Source: an uncultured virus (IMG/VR IMGVR_UViG_3300031370_000004)
Taxonomy: Duplodnaviria; Heunggongvirae; Uroviricota; Caudoviricetes
Direction: 5' to 3' (one strand)
IMG/VR virus record: IMGVR_UViG_3300031370_000004
Span: 62,001-90,400 of that record
Length of the DNA: 28,400 nucleotides
A program made the translations under genes and the position numbers. The notes below the pieces were generated by a model that had not been told where the DNA came from, did no database searches, and was given only the letters and a program-made list of their open reading frames with translations. How positions within the stretch are numbered: the first letter of the stretch is position 1; each line of letters begins with the position of its first letter. Shown piece after piece: positions 1 through 9,137 of the stretch.

Positions 1-1059
1 GCGCGGATGCGTAACAAGGATCTTGAGGAGTTTCTGAAGCTCGGCAAGAAATCGGATGGCACGATCTTTACGCCAGAGGACATGAAGCGGTTTATCGAAA
101 GCCGCACCAGCATCCGCGGCAAATTCGACAGCTCAACGGCGGGGATCACCTACGCACAGCTGGTGGCTCAGTCCACCAGTATTGATATTAAGCGCGCCAA
201 TAACAGAGTGGACGATGGTACCGGCATCAAGGCAGCCACCTTCCTGGGCCTTAAGCAAGACGTCGCGATAATCAGCGTTAAAGCCTCAGATGAGTCAGTG
301 CATGCGCATCACCGCGTAAAAATCCGGTTTGAAGGATGGGATCAGGCGGTGGAAGAGCTGGGGGATGAGAAAACCTCCGCCGCGGTTATTGTGCGGCAGC
401 TGTGCGCCGGGCGCGTCTCCTTTGATTGCGATTGTGGCCGCCATCAATACTGGTACCGCTACATCGCGACTGCCGGTAATTATGCGCTGGCCCCACCCAA
501 AGAATATGCCTTTCCAAAAGTACGAAACCCAGACCTGACCGGCGTTGCCTGCAAGCATGTGATCCACAGTATGACGCGCTTTCAATCGGCCACCTGGCAG
601 GCACAGATCCGCAAGCAGCTGGAGCAAAACGCTAAACAGGTCGCTTTTGGAGATGACAAGAAAAAAACCACACGATTTTTCACTGAGGATGAGCTCAAGA
701 AGCTATCCCGCAACCGCTCGTCTACGACAGACCAGGCAAAGCAGCGGAGTGCATTCACTAAATACCAGGCGGCACAGAAGTCACTGCAGAAGACCATCAC
801 CAGGTCGGGATCATCGCTCGATGCCCTGCGCAAGAAATTAAGCAAAATGCGTAAGTCTGGTGAGGCTACTCGCGCTGAACTGGAGAAAGAGCGCGCCGCC
901 CGCAGGGCACTGGAGGATCGGTTACTCAAGGATCAGATAGCCCTCAGGAAACAGGCGTTTATTGATGCCCTGCTGATGGCCGGTATGAGCGAGAAAGACG
1001 CAGAAGCGAAATTCAAGATATGGCTGGATAACGAACTTAAAAAGGCGGCGAAGAAATGA
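1..1059 (+). CDS. P1 gp25-like tail protein with SWIM-type Zn-finger motif; probably 5'-truncated by the window
   Basis: Frame is open from base 1 (first ATG at 7). CDC...CKH motif at 427-558 and a charged coiled-coil-like C-terminus. Occupies the position of gene 25 in the P1 25-7-24-6-5 block. Confidence 0.6.
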   Translation, partial: ARMRNKDLEEFLKLGKKSDGTIFTPEDMKRFIESRTSIRGKFDSSTAGITYAQLVAQSTSIDIKRANNRVDDGTGIKAATFLGLKQDVAIISVKASDESVHAHHRVKIRFEGWDQAVEELGDEKTSAAVIVRQLCAGRVSFDCDCGRHQYWYRYIATAGNYALAPPKEYAFPKVRNPDLTGVACKHVIHSMTRFQSATWQAQIRKQLEQNAKQVAFGDDKKKTTRFFTEDELKKLSRNRSSTTDQAKQRSAFTKYQAAQKSLQKTITRSGSSLDALRKKLSKMRKSGEATRAELEKERAARRALEDRLLKDQIALRKQAFIDALLMAGMSEKDAEAKFKIWLDNELKKAAKK

Positions 1060-1793
1060 AGTATGACGAGGACTTTTTAGGCGGCTGGGATGAGCCGGTA
1101 GCTGGCCAGCGCGTAGAGGCACCCGCACCAGCGCCAGCCCCTGAACCTGCCGGTGCGGTAGAGCTGGTGGACGACGAAGAGCAGCAGCTGGATAGCAGCG
1201 GTGAGGCTGAGTCTCCGGCACCCGATGAAGAAGACGGAGAGCAGCTGGGCAACGTGGTGCTGCCCGATCACTTCGAGCCTGCGGATAGCGCCGATCGCCC
1301 TATCGATTCCTCTATGCGCACACGCTATCACGGACACGGTGAATTTAATGACCTGCTGCGCGCAGACTGGATTGCGGCCATTGAACTGGACCCTGATGCG
1401 TTCGACGCACTGCTGTATCGCGCAACCCGCCACCAGCCCGACGCCAACGATCAGCCATCCACTCCGCAGGTAGCGGAAGTATTTGACCCTAACCAGGCAT
1501 TGCTGGACTACCAGCACCCGGAAAAAGTGGCTGTACTCGACTGCCCGGATGAAATGGAGTCGTTTATGGGGATGTACGACGGCAGCGATAACACCGGCGC
1601 CGGAGTGGATGCACTGATCCTGCGCACCAGCGGTTTGAATGTGCCAGTGGGCAGTGTATTTGAGTGGCAGGAGCAGCTGACCGGCGACCGCTACCGCCGC
1701 GTCTGGTGGTATGTACACCGCATATTCAATTACGGGACGGCAAACGTCGGTAGCCTGTTTTATTGCATCCCTTTCCGTAGCCAGGAGCTTTGA
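1056..1793 (+). CDS. P1 gp7-like neck/tail protein
   Basis: 245 aa with ATGA overlap on the upstream stop. Acidic Pro/Ala-rich N-terminus, C-terminal WWYVHRIFNYGT. Synteny. Confidence 0.6.
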   Translation: MKYDEDFLGGWDEPVAGQRVEAPAPAPAPEPAGAVELVDDEEQQLDSSGEAESPAPDEEDGEQLGNVVLPDHFEPADSADRPIDSSMRTRYHGHGEFNDLLRADWIAAIELDPDAFDALLYRATRHQPDANDQPSTPQVAEVFDPNQALLDYQHPEKVAVLDCPDEMESFMGMYDGSDNTGAGVDALILRTSGLNVPVGSVFEWQEQLTGDRYRRVWWYVHRIFNYGTANVGSLFYCIPFRSQEL

Positions 1794-1796
1794 TTG

Positions 1797-2573
1797 ATGA
1801 ACGAAATCGTGCTGAGTCGCTTCAAAACGCTGGAGCTGACACCGAACGGCAAGCGTGAGATCTCATCGTTATCTGATGTGGATAACGGATTCACCGCCAA
1901 AATCCTGGATGCATTTGATGGGTTGACGTTCTCAGCTCCCACGCGCGAAGCGAAGGCGATGACCGAATTTCTCCAGCGCGCAAAGAGCGATCAGATAAGC
2001 TTTGGTAATTACCCGGACCCGGGAGCCTGTCTCTCGGCGTGGCGTTCTTCCGGTAGTGGTCAGAAGCAAAGTACGCAGCAGAAACCTGTAAATCGCCTGG
2101 CGCTGCCGCTAATTAATGTCAGCCGTAATATCGGGTATTCGTACTATGTTGGTGACCACCAGCGTGATGAATATGACTTCGGTGAGCTGATGGATGATAA
2201 AGAGCAAATCATCGCGGTTATCAGCATGCTGCCCGTTCAGTTGGATTTCAAAGTGTGGGCGCTGGCTGCCGACAGAGAGACGCTGAGCTATATGACTTCA
2301 GCGATCGGTTCATGGATGCGACCGTGGCATACCCAGGGGCAAACAGCATTCAGTTGCACCAGCAGCCTTTGCGGCATAGCTGTAGATGTTGATGGGTGGC
2401 TGGATTCGCCAAAAGCCATTGACTGGTCTGATATTTCATTTACTCCCCAGGAGGAACGCGTTTACGCCGCTGAATGCCAGATTTCAGTGATCACTCAGCA
2501 GCTGGTGGCCTATATGGTCGATAGCCGCGTCATCCGTCATGAAACCGTTCTAAGGGGGGATCATGGCCGGTAA
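1797..2573 (+). CDS. P1 gp24-like tail terminator/stability protein
   Basis: About 258 aa, AGGAG RBS at 1783-1787 (TTG at 1794 is an alternative start), LPLINVSR motif, synteny. Confidence 0.6.
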   Translation: MNEIVLSRFKTLELTPNGKREISSLSDVDNGFTAKILDAFDGLTFSAPTREAKAMTEFLQRAKSDQISFGNYPDPGACLSAWRSSGSGQKQSTQQKPVNRLALPLINVSRNIGYSYYVGDHQRDEYDFGELMDDKEQIIAVISMLPVQLDFKVWALAADRETLSYMTSAIGSWMRPWHTQGQTAFSCTSSLCGIAVDVDGWLDSPKAIDWSDISFTPQEERVYAAECQISVITQQLVAYMVDSRVIRHETVLRGDHGR

Positions 2574-3582
2574 CAAGCAGTCTGACACCAAAACACAGCT
2601 TTTCCTCCAGTCCGCGAAGCTGGGCGACCAGGAGATCCCCCGATCGATGATGCTGACATGTCTCTACATCGAGCACGCCGGACTTTCCGCCCCGCAGCTG
2701 GTGATTGAGTATAAAGATTCGACCAACTGGATCATAAACCAGCTGGGCGTCAAAACGGGCTCCCTGCTGTCGGTTACGCTGGGCGATCCGCATGGCAACG
2801 GCCAGACTCAGTGGAATGACACCTTCTATGTGCTGAAATGCCCGTCAAAGGGTGACGTTGTCACGATATACGCGTTCAGTGATTCGGTTCGGTTGATAAA
2901 GGAGCCAGCAGCTAAAGCGCAGTTCTTTGTTGAAAAGCAGCCAAAAAATATCGTCGCAGCCCTGGTTAAAGGGCTGAAGGTAGAGGCGGACACGTTTACC
3001 AAACAGGGCACGTATCACCTCAATGTTGGTCAAAAACCCTCAGCCGTTATTCAGGAGATCGCCCGGGATGACGGAGCGATCGCATGGATTGCGCGCGGCA
3101 CTATTTTTTTTAAAAGCATGACACGTCTTGCCGCCAGCAATCCCGCCCTGACCTACAGCGCAAATAACCCGACGACTGACGGTTTTACCATCACCCGCTG
3201 GCGCGTGCTCAACAACGATCAGGCCTATCTGAAAGACTACCAATACCGGTTTATGGGATACGACATGGAGGGCGGCCTAATCAGTGCAGGCTCGCCCAAT
3301 CATCCGGTCAAGATGGTGGCGGCGCAGGAGAAATCTATCCTGTCGAATATGCTGAAAACCCTGCTGCCAAAGTTCGAAATGGAGTGCGAGGGTAACGGCA
3401 GACTGACGCCCGGGCTGGTGGTGAAATGCTTAGTGAACTCATACAGCAACGATAACGGACTGGATGAGTCGGTACCGGCAAAGATGATCATCAGCAAGGT
3501 GGCACACTTTGAGGACCGCTACTCGTATACCTCAAAAGCGGAGCTGGCCATCGTGTATAGCGGCGACAAGGCGCAGGAGTAA
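2563..3582 (+). CDS. P1 gp6-like baseplate hub protein
   Basis: 339 aa directly upstream of the spike gene. Hub-like C-terminus (EGNGRLTPG...IISKVAHF). Confidence 0.7.
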   Translation: MAGNKQSDTKTQLFLQSAKLGDQEIPRSMMLTCLYIEHAGLSAPQLVIEYKDSTNWIINQLGVKTGSLLSVTLGDPHGNGQTQWNDTFYVLKCPSKGDVVTIYAFSDSVRLIKEPAAKAQFFVEKQPKNIVAALVKGLKVEADTFTKQGTYHLNVGQKPSAVIQEIARDDGAIAWIARGTIFFKSMTRLAASNPALTYSANNPTTDGFTITRWRVLNNDQAYLKDYQYRFMGYDMEGGLISAGSPNHPVKMVAAQEKSILSNMLKTLLPKFEMECEGNGRLTPGLVVKCLVNSYSNDNGLDESVPAKMIISKVAHFEDRYSYTSKAELAIVYSGDKAQE

Positions 3583-3584
3583 AT

Positions 3585-4214
3585 ATGGACAATTTTAAGT
3601 ACCCGCAAAGGGGAACGGTCGTCACCACTGTGCACCCGAAAAGCCTGATGATGGCCCGGGTGCGCATTGACGGGTTACACGACACCGTTTCAGAAAATGA
3701 TCTGCCGTGGGCAGAGCGCAGGCTGCCGGACGGTGGCGCGTTCAGTCCACTACTGGTGGGCGATCGTGTGTGGGTTGAATACCCTTATTCTGGTGACTCG
3801 CGCCGACCGGTCATTGTGGGCTTCGCGCAGGATGCGAGTGGCGGCATAGCGAACGTTGCACCTGAGGCGTCCGGTAAAGGGGATCCTTATCAGCCACCAG
3901 CTGTAGAGGGTGCCCCGGACGGACCCAAACTGTCAGCAACCAAAGACTATGTATACAAGCGCAACGGGCTGATGGAGGTGCGCAGCTCCGGCGGTGGCTG
4001 GGCAATGACGCACCTGGGTAGCGGAAGTACGCTCGGCCTGAATGACAGCGGGCAGTATTATGCAATGATACAGGGCGACATGTTCCTGTTTACCGCGGGA
4101 GGTGTGAAGCAGACCATCGATGGAGATTACGAGCTGGAAGTCACTGGCAAGTACAAACTTACCGCTGGTGAGGTGGAGATAACCGCGGGAGCGGTCGCTA
4201 TTAAACAGGGTTGA
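3585..4214 (+). CDS. Baseplate central spike (gpV/gp5-like, OB-fold plus beta-helix)
   Basis: ARVRIDGL...LPWA...VGDRVWV..GD..RPVIVG OB-fold signature, beta-repeat C-terminus, AGGAG RBS. Confidence 0.85.
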   Translation: MDNFKYPQRGTVVTTVHPKSLMMARVRIDGLHDTVSENDLPWAERRLPDGGAFSPLLVGDRVWVEYPYSGDSRRPVIVGFAQDASGGIANVAPEASGKGDPYQPPAVEGAPDGPKLSATKDYVYKRNGLMEVRSSGGGWAMTHLGSGSTLGLNDSGQYYAMIQGDMFLFTAGGVKQTIDGDYELEVTGKYKLTAGEVEITAGAVAIKQG

Positions 4215-4239
4215 CCCGGCACCAGCAGCATTACAAAAC

Positions 4240-4264
4240 AAAAGGAACCAGCCAGTTCCTTTTT
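4240..4264 (+). terminator. Probable rho-independent terminator after the spike gene
   Basis: AAAAGGAAC-CAGCCA-GTTCCTTTTT hairpin with T tract. A second small hairpin GTGAGG/CCTCAC lies at 4270-4287. Confidence 0.55.
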
Positions 4265-4296
4265 ACCAGGTGAGGTTATCGCCTCACACGCAAATG

Positions 4297-4310
4297 ACAC
4301 TAAACTTTTA
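4297..4310 (+). promoter_or_regulatory. Conserved intergenic motif, copy 1 (ACACTAAACTTTTA)
   Basis: One of six ACACTAAA copies, each upstream of a + strand gene block. Confidence 0.7.
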
Positions 4311-4360
4311 TTGTCCTCTATGGTACCGTTTGCTCATCAAACAGATGAGATACGACATCC

Positions 4361-4696
4361 ATGAAAAATAATGACCTCAACGACCCGGTTCCCGTACGCC
4401 TTATACCGTTCAAAGCCTTCCGCGCCATGATCAGCCGCGGCGAAATCGTTGAAAGCATGGTGCGCAGCGGGGACCAGGTCTGGATCCTCGGCAAAAAGCT
4501 CAACGGCAGTATTGTCGCGCTTCGGCGCACCTACGGTGGCCCCCGCACATGGGTGTGTATCGAAAGCCCTATGAAGCTGCTTGTCGGCATGGGCGCCAGC
4601 CGCATCGTTATCGAACTGAAACGCGAACAGCTGCAGTTTATAGAACTTAATGGCACCCACCTGCAGCCAGCAACCTCCCTTCCAGATGCTGAATAA
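4361..4696 (+). CDS. Hypothetical protein (111 aa)
   Basis: Fills the gap before rdgC in the operon orientation. No clear RBS, so the start is uncertain. Confidence 0.55.
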   Translation: MKNNDLNDPVPVRLIPFKAFRAMISRGEIVESMVRSGDQVWILGKKLNGSIVALRRTYGGPRTWVCIESPMKLLVGMGASRIVIELKREQLQFIELNGTHLQPATSLPDAE

Positions 4697-4711
4697 CCCG
4701 GAGTAACCCTC

Positions 4712-5626
4712 ATGATTTTCGATCACTTCCGTAAGTGCGCGATTTATACCCTTAGTCGCGATGTCACATTGCGCGCAGAGGAATTAGAGAAACAATTAGC
4801 CGCTTTTGCGTTCACGCCCTGCGGCAGCCAGGATATGGGCAAAACCGGCTTTACCTCGCCATGGGGCACGCTTTCGGACAGCCTGGTGATGACCAGCGGG
4901 CATTTCATACTGTTGGCCATAAAAAGCGAGAAGAAAATCCTCCCTTCTCACGTCATTAAAAACGCACTGAGCGGGAAGATCGAAAAGCTGCAAACCGAGC
5001 AAGGCCGCAAACTCAAGAAAACAGAAAAAGACAGCCTCAAGGATGAAGTCCTGCACTCGTTACTGCCGCGCGCATTCTCGAAATTCTCCGTGAGCCATCT
5101 GCTGATCGACACCCATAATAAGCGCATTTTCACCAGCTGCAGCGGTAATGGTGCTGAGAACACTCTGGCCTTATTGCGTAAGGCGCTGGGATCCCTTCCT
5201 GTGGTGCCGCTGACCATCAAAAACCCGATTGAACTAACCCTGACTGAGTGGGTGCGCAAGGGTGGCGCTCCTGCCGGATTCACGCTGCTCAACAATGCGG
5301 AGCTGAAAGCGATCCTCGAAGACGGCGGCGTGATTCGCGCCAAGAAGCAGGAGCTGGTGAGCGACGAAATCGCAGTGCATATCGAAGCCGGCAAGCTCGT
5401 CACCAGCCTGGAGCTGGACTGGCAGGGCCGGATTAATTTAACCGTAAACGATGCCTGCTATCTGTCCCGCCTGAAGTTTGCCGATGAGCTGCGCGACCAG
5501 AACGACGATATCGATCGCGAAGACGCCGTGCACCGCCTGAATGCCGATTTTCTCCTCTTTACGGGCGAACTGTCCGCGCTGGTGAAGGACCTCATCACCG
5601 CGCTGGGAGGCGAAAGTGAACGATAA
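4712..5626 (+). CDS. rdgC: Recombination-associated protein RdgC (P1 HrdC-like)
   Basis: Recognisable RdgC sequence: [67 protein letters not shown]. Confidence 0.95.
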   Translation: MIFDHFRKCAIYTLSRDVTLRAEELEKQLAAFAFTPCGSQDMGKTGFTSPWGTLSDSLVMTSGHFILLAIKSEKKILPSHVIKNALSGKIEKLQTEQGRKLKKTEKDSLKDEVLHSLLPRAFSKFSVSHLLIDTHNKRIFTSCSGNGAENTLALLRKALGSLPVVPLTIKNPIELTLTEWVRKGGAPAGFTLLNNAELKAILEDGGVIRAKKQELVSDEIAVHIEAGKLVTSLELDWQGRINLTVNDACYLSRLKFADELRDQNDDIDREDAVHRLNADFLLFTGELSALVKDLITALGGESER

Positions 5627-6794
5627 GGTACAGCTGTTTACCGGCGATTGCCTGGACGTACTCAAAACCCTGCCGGATAACTCCTTTGACTCCATTGTGA
5701 CCGACCCGCCTTACGGCTTGTCTTTCATGGGAAAAAAGTGGGATTACGACGTGCCAAGCCAGGCGATATGGGAAGAGTGCTTACGCGTCCTGAAACCGGG
5801 CGGGCATCTGCTTTCTTTCGCGGGTTCGCGCACGTATCACCGCATGGTAGTACGCATTGAAGATGCAGGTTTTGAGATCCGCGACCAAATGATGTGGCTT
5901 TATGGTTCCGGTTTCCCAAAATCGCAAAACGTTGGCAAAGCAATGGTAAGTCTCAGGGGGACCGATGCCTATCCAGAGCCAACCGGTAAAGAAGAAGAAT
6001 GGGATGGGATGGGAACCGCCCTCAAACCTGCCCACGAGCCGATTGTAATGGCCCGCAAACCGTTCAAAGGCACGCTGGCTAAAAACGTGCTGGCACATGG
6101 CACAGGGGCGCTGAATATCGACGCCTGCCGTGTACCGTTCGCCGGTACCGCCGATGAGCAGGAAACCAAGGGCAAGAACAGTCTCGCGAAATTTGAGACA
6201 GACAGCCCTGTCACGAAGAACTCCTATGGCCATTATGATCGGCTTCAAAAGGACTACGATGCGCCGGGCCGTTGGCCCGCCAATGTGATGCACGACGGCA
6301 GCGAGTGCGTTACCGGCCAGTTCCCCTCCAGCAGCACTACGGGAAAGCGTAAGGCATCCGAGCGCGTACAGGAAGAATCCGGGGCCACTCCATTCAAACA
6401 CGGGAAAAACGCGCCGGAATACACCGATGCTGGCAGTGCCGCGCGGTTCTTCTATTGCGCCAAACCATCACCAGCTGAACGCCATCGCGGCTGCGTAAAT
6501 CCCGGTCCACAATTCACTCATGGCGTCACACTGCGCCAGGTGGAAAATGCGGCCACCAGCGGCAACAACCATCCAACCGTTAAGCCAGTAAAACTCATGG
6601 TTCACCTTATCACTCTTATAACCCCGGCTTGTGGCCGAGTTCTGGATCCGTTCACCGGAAGCGGTTCAACCGGAGTGGGTGCAGTGGAAGCTGGCTTCGC
6701 CTTTACCGGCATCGAGCGAGAGGCACATTACATGGACATAACCCGCGCTCGAATCGGCTATGCGCTGCAGGAGGCCGAATGCACCAGCAACTAA
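5616..6794 (+). CDS. Site-specific DNA methyltransferase, N4-C/N6-A, beta class
   Basis: N-terminal DPPY, then HPTVKP and C-terminal [15 protein letters not shown]-binding motif. GTG start after GGAGG. Confidence 0.92.
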   Translation: MNDKVQLFTGDCLDVLKTLPDNSFDSIVTDPPYGLSFMGKKWDYDVPSQAIWEECLRVLKPGGHLLSFAGSRTYHRMVVRIEDAGFEIRDQMMWLYGSGFPKSQNVGKAMVSLRGTDAYPEPTGKEEEWDGMGTALKPAHEPIVMARKPFKGTLAKNVLAHGTGALNIDACRVPFAGTADEQETKGKNSLAKFETDSPVTKNSYGHYDRLQKDYDAPGRWPANVMHDGSECVTGQFPSSSTTGKRKASERVQEESGATPFKHGKNAPEYTDAGSAARFFYCAKPSPAERHRGCVNPGPQFTHGVTLRQVENAATSGNNHPTVKPVKLMVHLITLITPACGRVLDPFTGSGSTGVGAVEAGFAFTGIEREAHYMDITRARIGYALQEAECTSN

Positions 6795-8830
6795 CCTTCG
6801 GATCGGTGTGCAGTGGCATCGAGTCGGCTAGTCTGGCCTGGGAACCGCTGGGCTGGCGCGCAGAATGGTTATCAGAGATTGCCCCCTTCCCCTCCGCCGT
6901 GCTGGCGCACCGTTACCCGGGCGTAAAAAACCTGGGTGATATGAGCAAGATTTCATCCCAAGTGCTCGCCGGAGAGATCGCAGCCCCAGACGTGCTGGTG
7001 GGAGGAACGCCCTGCCAGTCTTTTTCACTTGCCGGTAATGAGGGCAGCCTGAACGATCCTCGCGGCCAATTAACGCTTACTTTCGTGGAGCTGGCGAATG
7101 CAATCGACACAAAACGAAGGGGATCCGACCCTTCAATCATCATCTGGGAAAACGTGCCAGGTGTATTGCGTAAAGCAGACAACGCCTTCGGGTGTTTTTT
7201 ATCCTCCCTGGTTGGAGAAACTGACGCTCTTGAACCAGGTTCGCGACCTGAACATGGAAAAAGCAACGAGCGCTGGGCATGGAAAAAGAAAACCGGTCAG
7301 CATATTGCGTGCTGGCCGCAGTCTGGTTGTGTTTATGGACCACAAAGACGTGTTGCCTGGCGCACCATTAACGCCGAACACTTCGGAGTCGCCCAGCGAC
7401 GTCGTCGAGTCTTCGTTGTCGCAAGCGCTCGTGAGGACATCGATCCCAGCGAAATACTTTTTGAGTTCGCGCGCAGCGAGCGGGATTCTTCGGCGGGGCG
7501 CGGGCCGGAAGAGAAACTTTCCTCCAATCATGCGCCGGGCGCTGGATATGACAGTCACGGGGGAGAACTCCACTGCTTTGGCGGCGGTAACTGCTCCGGC
7601 GCCCTGAAGGTGGCCGCCACGCTCACTGCGCACGGTTACCGCCTCGATTACGACGTAGAGACGTTCGTCGTCCACCAGCTGCAGGCGGATGAAGGCGAGC
7701 CGTTTTCCGGTCTACGCCGACTGATGCCGGTAGAATATGAGCGATTGCAGGGGTTTCCTGAGGACTGGACGCGCATACCTTACAACGGCAAATCTTCTGA
7801 GCAGTGTGAAGATGCCCAGCGCTACAAAGCTGTCGGTAACTCAATCGCGGTACCGGTCATGCGCCGCCTGGGTGAATGGATACAGAGAGAGGTCCAAAAT
7901 GCACGATCCGCAGGAAATGCTGATCCAGATGCTGCTATTGCTCATGTTTCAGGTGACGGCGTTAACGTCAGTGAGGCTCCTGGAATCCCTCCTGCAACAG
8001 GCCTGATCGAGGAGAAGCGCCGCCCATTCCTCAAGTGGGCAGGCGGTAAATTCAGCGTCCTGGATGAGCTGGCGAAATATTTACCTGCTGGCGAAAGATT
8101 AGTAGAGCCGTTTGTTGGGGCGGGTTCGGTATTCCTCAACTTCCGGTATCCGTCTTACCTCTCAGCAGATGTCAATGCGGATCTGGTTAACCTGTACCGC
8201 CAACTGGCCGGTAACCCGGATAGCGTGATACGCATTGCAAGGCAGCTGGTTAATGGCTGTGTAACGAACGATAAATTTCTGGCTATCAGGGATGAGTTTA
8301 ATGGTCGGGAGGCTCATGCTGTGCGTCACGCCGCGCTATTTTTGGCACTCAACCGTACCTGCTTTAATGGCCTGACACGCTATAACGCCGCCGGTGTTTT
8401 CAATACGGGCTGGAACAAAAAAGACGTCGATAATTATTTCCCGGAACAAGAATTACATAGCTATGCTTCGCGCCGTGTAAACCATGAATTTCTCTGCGCG
8501 TCATTCGAGGAAACGATCTCCCGTGCCAGCGTCGGTGACGTGATTTATTGCGACCCGCCGTATGAGCCGCTGCCGGGCAAAAGCGGATTCGTAAAATACG
8601 ATAAGGGCGGGTTCCACTTTGATCGCCAGGTTGAGCTGGCCGATCACCTGGTGAAAGCCCACCAGCGCGGCGCTCAGGTGGTTATCACGAACAGCGGCGC
8701 GCCTAAGATCATTGAGCTGTATACGTCGCGTGGATTCAGCGTGCATGAGCTTAAAGCCAAGCGGAACATATCCTGCAAAGGCGATACTCGTGAAATCGCG
8801 AAGGATGTTATAGCCACATTAAAACACTAA
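6779..8830 (+). CDS. dmt: Bifunctional DNA methyltransferase: C5-cytosine domain fused to a Dam-like adenine domain (P1 Dmt-like)
   Basis: Likely start ATG 6779 after AGGAGG. C5 motifs SVCSGI, GGTPCQSFS, WENVPG, QRRRRVF, RLQGFP, YKAVGNS. Dam motifs KWAGGK, EPFVGAGSV, YCDPPY. Confidence 0.92.
   Translation: MHQQLTFGSVCSGIESASLAWEPLGWRAEWLSEIAPFPSAVLAHRYPGVKNLGDMSKISSQVLAGEIAAPDVLVGGTPCQSFSLAGNEGSLNDPRGQLTLTFVELANAIDTKRRGSDPSIIIWENVPGVLRKADNAFGCFLSSLVGETDALEPGSRPEHGKSNERWAWKKKTGQHIACWPQSGCVYGPQRRVAWRTINAEHFGVAQRRRRVFVVASAREDIDPSEILFEFARSERDSSAGRGPEEKLSSNHAPGAGYDSHGGELHCFGGGNCSGALKVAATLTAHGYRLDYDVETFVVHQLQADEGEPFSGLRRLMPVEYERLQGFPEDWTRIPYNGKSSEQCEDAQRYKAVGNSIAVPVMRRLGEWIQREVQNARSAGNADPDAAIAHVSGDGVNVSEAPGIPPATGLIEEKRRPFLKWAGGKFSVLDELAKYLPAGERLVEPFVGAGSVFLNFRYPSYLSADVNADLVNLYRQLAGNPDSVIRIARQLVNGCVTNDKFLAIRDEFNGREAHAVRHAALFLALNRTCFNGLTRYNAAGVFNTGWNKKDVDNYFPEQELHSYASRRVNHEFLCASFEETISRASVGDVIYCDPPYEPLPGKSGFVKYDKGGFHFDRQVELADHLVKAHQRGAQVVITNSGAPKIIELYTSRGFSVHELKAKRNISCKGDTREIAKDVIATLKH
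7098..7607 (+). CDS. Candidate nested alternative-frame ORF (C5-MTase beta-subunit-like)
   Basis: 169 aa in the +1 frame inside dmt, GGAG at 7087-7090. NTSESPSDVVESSLSQAL...KYFLSSRAASGILRR resembles the recalled M.EcoHK31I beta polypeptide. Confidence 0.55.
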   Translation: MQSTQNEGDPTLQSSSGKTCQVYCVKQTTPSGVFYPPWLEKLTLLNQVRDLNMEKATSAGHGKRKPVSILRAGRSLVVFMDHKDVLPGAPLTPNTSESPSDVVESSLSQALVRTSIPAKYFLSSRAASGILRRGAGRKRNFPPIMRRALDMTVTGENSTALAAVTAPAP

Positions 8831-8837
8831 ACTTTTA
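8824..8837 (+). promoter_or_regulatory. Conserved motif, copy 2 (ACACTAAACTTTTA)
   Basis: 14/14 identical to copy 1. Overlaps the dmt stop codon and begins 27 bp before the PAAR start. Confidence 0.65.
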
Positions 8838-8850
8838 CAAAGGCTGAGAA

Positions 8851-9135
8851 ATGGCGCAAATAGCGACGTTAGAAAGTATATGCTCCGGGCATGGCGGGTT
8901 CGCACCCCGCCCGCCGGTTGATGCGGAGGCATTGCTGAAAATCAACGGTATCCCCGTGCTGGTGGACTCCAAACAGTACCCGGCGCACACAGATGGCAAC
9001 TCTTCCCACGCCGGGCAGGCCATTTCCACCCGGCCATGGTTCACGGTGAACGGCAAAGGTGTGGTGTGCGTGGGCGATCCGGTTTCCTGCGGATCTGTTG
9101 TGGCTGTTGGTGATTCACTGGTCATGGTGGGGTAA
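8851..9135 (+). CDS. PAAR-domain spike tip protein (P1 UpfC-like)
   Basis: 94 aa. CSGHGGFAPRP, YPAH..GNSSH, VNGKGVVCVGDPVSCGS metal-binding PAAR pattern. Confidence 0.9.
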   Translation: MAQIATLESICSGHGGFAPRPPVDAEALLKINGIPVLVDSKQYPAHTDGNSSHAGQAISTRPWFTVNGKGVVCVGDPVSCGSVVAVGDSLVMVG

Positions 9136-9137
9136 AC

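Noticed and set aside
4215..4360. tRNA or ncRNA in the hairpin-containing gap (P1 has tRNAs near dmt)
   Set aside because: No cloverleaf or T-loop motif is visible; the hairpins are adequately explained as terminators.
6629..6778. N-terminal 50-aa extension of dmt in the ORF track
   Set aside because: It overlaps the upstream MTase gene. The RBS and motif I position favour ATG 6779.
3585..9135. Spike, PAAR, sheath and tube read as a T6SS, eCIS or tailocin
   Set aside because: A major capsid gene, neck genes and P1-like synteny indicate a true phage.
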